Shown piece by piece: positions 54,992-58,066 of a stretch of 58,066 nucleotides of DNA. The position numbers were made by a program, and so were the translations under genes. Source of the DNA: an uncultured Victivallales bacterium (GTDB lineage: Bacteria > Verrucomicrobiota > Lentisphaeria > Victivallales > UBA1829); contig CAZORN010000003.1 of NCBI GenBank assembly GCA_964581935.1, positions 1-58,066 of the forward strand, written 5' to 3'. Every line of letters begins with the position of its first letter. Position 1 is the first letter of the stretch. The notes below the pieces were generated by a model, which saw only the letters and a program-made list of their open reading frames with translations, did no database searches and was not told the DNA's origin.

Positions 54992-55378
54992 AATACATCG
55001 TTTTTAACAACCTGGGAGACACCCCGCAAACATTACACTCTCATTTCCGAAGAGATCCGGAAGAAAACCGCGAATTATGACGGTGTCGCATGGTATGCCG
55101 TTCCTCTCGAAAAATTCCCGCTCGACTGGAAGGGACGCAAGGTGTTCCTCTATTTCGGTGCGGTCGACGAATCCTGCAAAGTGTGGGTCAACGGAAAATT
55201 CGCGGGAGAGCATCCTTTCGTGAAACCCGACGACTGGAGAACCTCCTTTCCCATTGAAATCACCGACTGCATCGACTGGAACCGTCCGACTCAACTTGTC
55301 GTCGTGAGAGTGGAGGACAAGTCGGGCGCGGGAGGCATCTGGAAACCGGTCTGGCTTGTGTCAAAGACGGAGCCGTGA
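54992..55378 (+). pseudogene. 5'-truncated remnant encoding a GH2-N-type (galactose-binding-like) sugar-binding domain
   Basis: The frame is open from 54992 and reads ...WETPRKHYTLISEEIRKKTANYDGVAWYAVPLEKFPLDWKGRKVFLYFGAVDESCKVWVNGKFAGEH...LVVVRVEDKSGAGGIWKPVWL. This is the classic Glyco_hydro_2_N pattern (Y.G.aWY, v.L.F.gvd..a.VwvNG). There is no ATG/GTG/TTG in frame before the GTG at 55142, which sits in the middle of the domain. Confidence 0.5.
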
Positions 55379-55559
55379 ACCCATAAGGGGATTGCCGTGT
55401 TCCGGCGGACTCCTGACGCTGTGGTTATCCTGCTGGCGGATATTCTTTATTTGCTGGCGGGACCCCCCGGATCACCTTCAAAGTCCGTTCTTGACGGGAC
55501 ACGGATGAACACGGATTGGCACGGAGGAACAACACCTTTAAGTCCCGTTCATGGCTCAT

Positions 55560-57905
55560 TTACAGGACAGCTACTTCGTGCACCGGGAATTCCTCGTACT
55601 GCGCAATTTCCATTTTCAGGTTTTCGGGATGCCTGACCGCGACCCTGAGCCGCCGTTCGCGGTCGAGACGCCACGATACCTGAATATGCCCGTGAGGAGT
55701 GGGTACGCTTCCCTCGGCATGAGTCAAATGCCCCGGATAAATCTGCACGGAGAATTTGCCGAATCCCGGTTCGAGCGGAGTTATCCCCAATACTTTGCTG
55801 CCGCAGTAGTAGGGCATGACGCTGCTCCAGGCATGGCAGAGGCTGCCCGCGTTGTGGAAGTCGCTGGCACCGAATTCGGTTTCCCACAGTGAAGTCGCCC
55901 CTCCGAGCACCGGCGCGGAAAATTCATCCAGCAGAAATTGATCCAGGTAGAGCCGAGCGGCGGGACCGCAGGACATCATGGCGTTGACCATGTAATATAG
56001 TGAACTGTAGGTCAGCTTGGTCACCCTGCGGTTGAACACCGCGTCAAGCACTCCGGCGTTTTTTTCCGCGGGAACCAGACGGTTATAAAGCATCAGAATC
56101 TGGGTCAATTCATGGATTTCAGGGTCGCTTATGGTGGTGAGGTAACAGCCGGTCCGGGCCTGGTGAAAGGCCGCTTCGACAGCCCGGCCGAGTTCTTCGG
56201 CCTTGCCGTTCAGTTCGCGGCTGCGGGCCGGGTTGCCGTTGAACGCGTGCAGCGAGGCGCCGGCGCGGAGCGCTTCGACCAGATAGATGTTATAAAGCGA
56301 TTGCGGATATTCATCCACTTGGTTGAGGTGGCCCCGCCATTCATAAAAATTCCAGACATGGTCGGAGTTGACATAAAGCTCTCCCGCCCGGCGCTCCAGT
56401 GCCATGTTTATGATTTCATCCACGAGATTCGCGTATTTGGCGAAAAGCCTGCCGGAACCGCTGTACAGCCAGTGCTCGTAAAGTTCTGAAATCCAGACCA
56501 GGGTAAATGCCGGGATGGTTAGGCGGCATTTGCCGGGGGCGGTCAGGGACAGATAGCCGTTTCCCTGGTAGGATTTACCCAGCAGGTCCAGCGAAGCGGC
56601 GGCAAAATCATAATTGCCCCATACATAATATCCGTACATAATCTGGTTGCGGGAATCATATGCGTACAGGGCCTGTTCCCGCCAGGGGCAGTCCTCGTAA
56701 TGCTCATGCATGCAGAGCCGCATGGTGTCGATGGAAACCCGGTTTACCGCGCCGAGCAGATTGTCCTCCGAGACGAATTCTGCCGGCGGCGGCAAAGGCG
56801 GGTCCACCGGGATAATTCCCGCGTAATGTATTACCACCTGCTCCCCGCTGCAATTGGTGATATGCAGTTCCAGGTATCTGCCCCCGATACGGCGATGCGG
56901 ATGCATGAAAACATTGAGCCCTTCGCGGCAGATATACCGGTCGGTGAAATTGCGTTCGGCGATGGCGGCGCGGCAGCGGCCGTCTTCCAGGTGCTCCCCA
57001 TGAACGACATCCACCACGGTTCCGGCGGGAGCGGTGAGCCTGATTACGGGCCAGCTGACCATTTCCCGCTGGAAATCGGCGATCAGGTAATATCCGTTGG
57101 CTTTGGCGGGCATTTCGCAGTATGAGAGGTTGGCGTCGGCGGCGGGAGCGATCTTCAACTTTGTGCGCCAGTAACCGTCGTTGCCGGACGGCGACAGGGC
57201 GGCGAACGCTTTATCGCAGGACAGCGGCTGCAGGAAATCGGCGGCACAGGTGTTGGCGAAGGTATTTTTTTCTTCCGTTCGCCACAGTAGTCCGTGTTGA
57301 ACCAGAATGACTTCCACCGGATCGGATTCTTTTAATTGCGGAACTGGGCGCGCGGAGAGGTTCGGATGCCAGATTTCAGGGCACAATACCGCGTTCGGCC
57401 ATGAGGAATCGTCGTAAGAGCATTCCGTCCACGGCAATTCTTTGCGGGCGTCGTATTCCCAGACGAAGCCCAGTTGCCTGGTGGTTTTGCATTCCAGCCC
57501 GGAATGATATGCCGGGTTCGGCAAGGCTTTCCAGGCGGTATCGGTTCGCGCCAGCAGTTGGCCGCCGCTGTACACCGCGGCGGCCAAACCGGGTTTCCCC
57601 GCGATGGCGGTATGGAAATCATTTCCCAGGAAATGCACTTCAATGGCGACTGCATTCAGCCCGGAATGGAGATAGGGCGAGATGTCGATGGCGTCGAAGG
57701 TTTGGTCGCGGGGAAAGTCACTGAACTGGGTGAAAGGACAGCGTACGTCGTTGATGTATGCGGAAAAAGTCGTATCCGCGGCGATGGCCAGAAAAACCGG
57801 CTCAGTCGGCAATTTTTCAAGGCGGAAAGTTTTCCGGAAACAGCAATAATAGTCCTTAAGCTCCGCATCGGTGGAGCTCCATATCCATGACGCCTGCTCG
57901 ATCAT
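55560..57905 (-). CDS. GH78-like (alpha-L-rhamnosidase family) six-hairpin glycosidase
   Basis: The N-terminus MIEQASWIWS...LAIAADTTFSAYINDV is of the Bac_rhamnosid_N type. The central HEHYEDCPWREQALYAYD resembles the conserved D.PwRE block of GH78-type catalytic domains. At 781 aa it has no signal peptide. Confidence 0.7.
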   Translation of the reverse strand: MIEQASWIWSSTDAELKDYYCCFRKTFRLEKLPTEPVFLAIAADTTFSAYINDVRCPFTQFSDFPRDQTFDAIDISPYLHSGLNAVAIEVHFLGNDFHTAIAGKPGLAAAVYSGGQLLARTDTAWKALPNPAYHSGLECKTTRQLGFVWEYDARKELPWTECSYDDSSWPNAVLCPEIWHPNLSARPVPQLKESDPVEVILVQHGLLWRTEEKNTFANTCAADFLQPLSCDKAFAALSPSGNDGYWRTKLKIAPAADANLSYCEMPAKANGYYLIADFQREMVSWPVIRLTAPAGTVVDVVHGEHLEDGRCRAAIAERNFTDRYICREGLNVFMHPHRRIGGRYLELHITNCSGEQVVIHYAGIIPVDPPLPPPAEFVSEDNLLGAVNRVSIDTMRLCMHEHYEDCPWREQALYAYDSRNQIMYGYYVWGNYDFAAASLDLLGKSYQGNGYLSLTAPGKCRLTIPAFTLVWISELYEHWLYSGSGRLFAKYANLVDEIINMALERRAGELYVNSDHVWNFYEWRGHLNQVDEYPQSLYNIYLVEALRAGASLHAFNGNPARSRELNGKAEELGRAVEAAFHQARTGCYLTTISDPEIHELTQILMLYNRLVPAEKNAGVLDAVFNRRVTKLTYSSLYYMVNAMMSCGPAARLYLDQFLLDEFSAPVLGGATSLWETEFGASDFHNAGSLCHAWSSVMPYYCGSKVLGITPLEPGFGKFSVQIYPGHLTHAEGSVPTPHGHIQVSWRLDRERRLRVAVRHPENLKMEIAQYEEFPVHEVAVL

Positions 57906-58066
57906 AGTAATTCCTTACATTGAATTTATGCTTTTGAAAAATAAACTCGCCATTCCTGACGCGATATATAAATTTTTTTGATGGTTATTCGAACCATGGT
58001 GAATTCAACCGAATCCGGCCGGAAGGCGTGATCCGACAGTTTCCGCTCAGTTTTCGTAAATCTCGT

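Noticed and set aside
1-58066. Search for CRISPR arrays, tRNA/rRNA genes, transposases/integrases and long direct or inverted repeats
   Set aside because: I saw no regularly spaced repeats, no tRNA T-arm consensus (GGTTCGAATCC-like) in the intergenic regions, and no DDE/tyrosine-recombinase-like ORFs by eye. A computational scan is still advisable.

Overview
58-kb chromosomal segment. Most of it is high GC (about 60% on sampled lines), with two clearly AT-richer stretches at about 18.0-24.2 kb and 53.6-55.0 kb. The gene content suggests an anaerobic, glycan-degrading member of the PVC superphylum (Lentisphaerota / Kiritimatiellota / Verrucomicrobiota-like). The evidence is two H-X9-DG prepilin-type genes, a GspG-like pseudopilin, large secreted CBM/glycosidase-like proteins and a GH78-like enzyme; this taxonomic placement is inference only.

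I call 45 CDS, one truncated gene remnant and one ncRNA (RNase P RNA, rnpB, 24338-24687). I also call two near-consensus sigma70-type promoters, each followed by a perfect palindrome, and one clean Rho-independent terminator.

Functional blocks, left to right:
- MDR dehydrogenase (partial), EEP hydrolase, YgiQ radical SAM protein.
- Envelope block: cardiolipin synthase, GT2/ArnT-like fusion, kinase-like/methyltransferase fusion, LTA-synthase-like sulfatase.
- cysK and an NCS2 permease.
- Module 1: sugar-type regulator, H-X9-DG pseudopilin, CBM9+DUF4091 protein.
- rnpB, then pfkB-sppA-Cas4-like gene.
- HexNAc salvage cluster: ROK kinase, nucleotidyltransferase, NahK, 4-epimerase.
- adk-map-infA, then an SSS symporter.
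- larA-etfB-etfA-FAD-LDH lactate-oxidation operon.
- Pseudo-receiver/pseudokinase membrane protein, HAD-IIA phosphatase.
- Module 2: LacI, H-X9-DG pseudopilin, 1119-aa secreted protein.
- hpt, gmhB, larB.
- AT-rich islet with two tandem paralogous orphan genes next to a 5'-truncated GH2-type domain remnant, then a GH78-like glycosidase.

No rRNA, tRNA, CRISPR array, transposase or integrase was recognised.

The most interesting signals:
- The twice-repeated, translationally coupled regulator / pseudopilin / giant exo-protein module.
- The doubly degenerate receiver-kinase with C-terminal zinc ribbons, sitting just upstream of the lactate operon.
- The AT-rich orphan paralog islet.

All family assignments come from motif recognition by eye. 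No database search was run.
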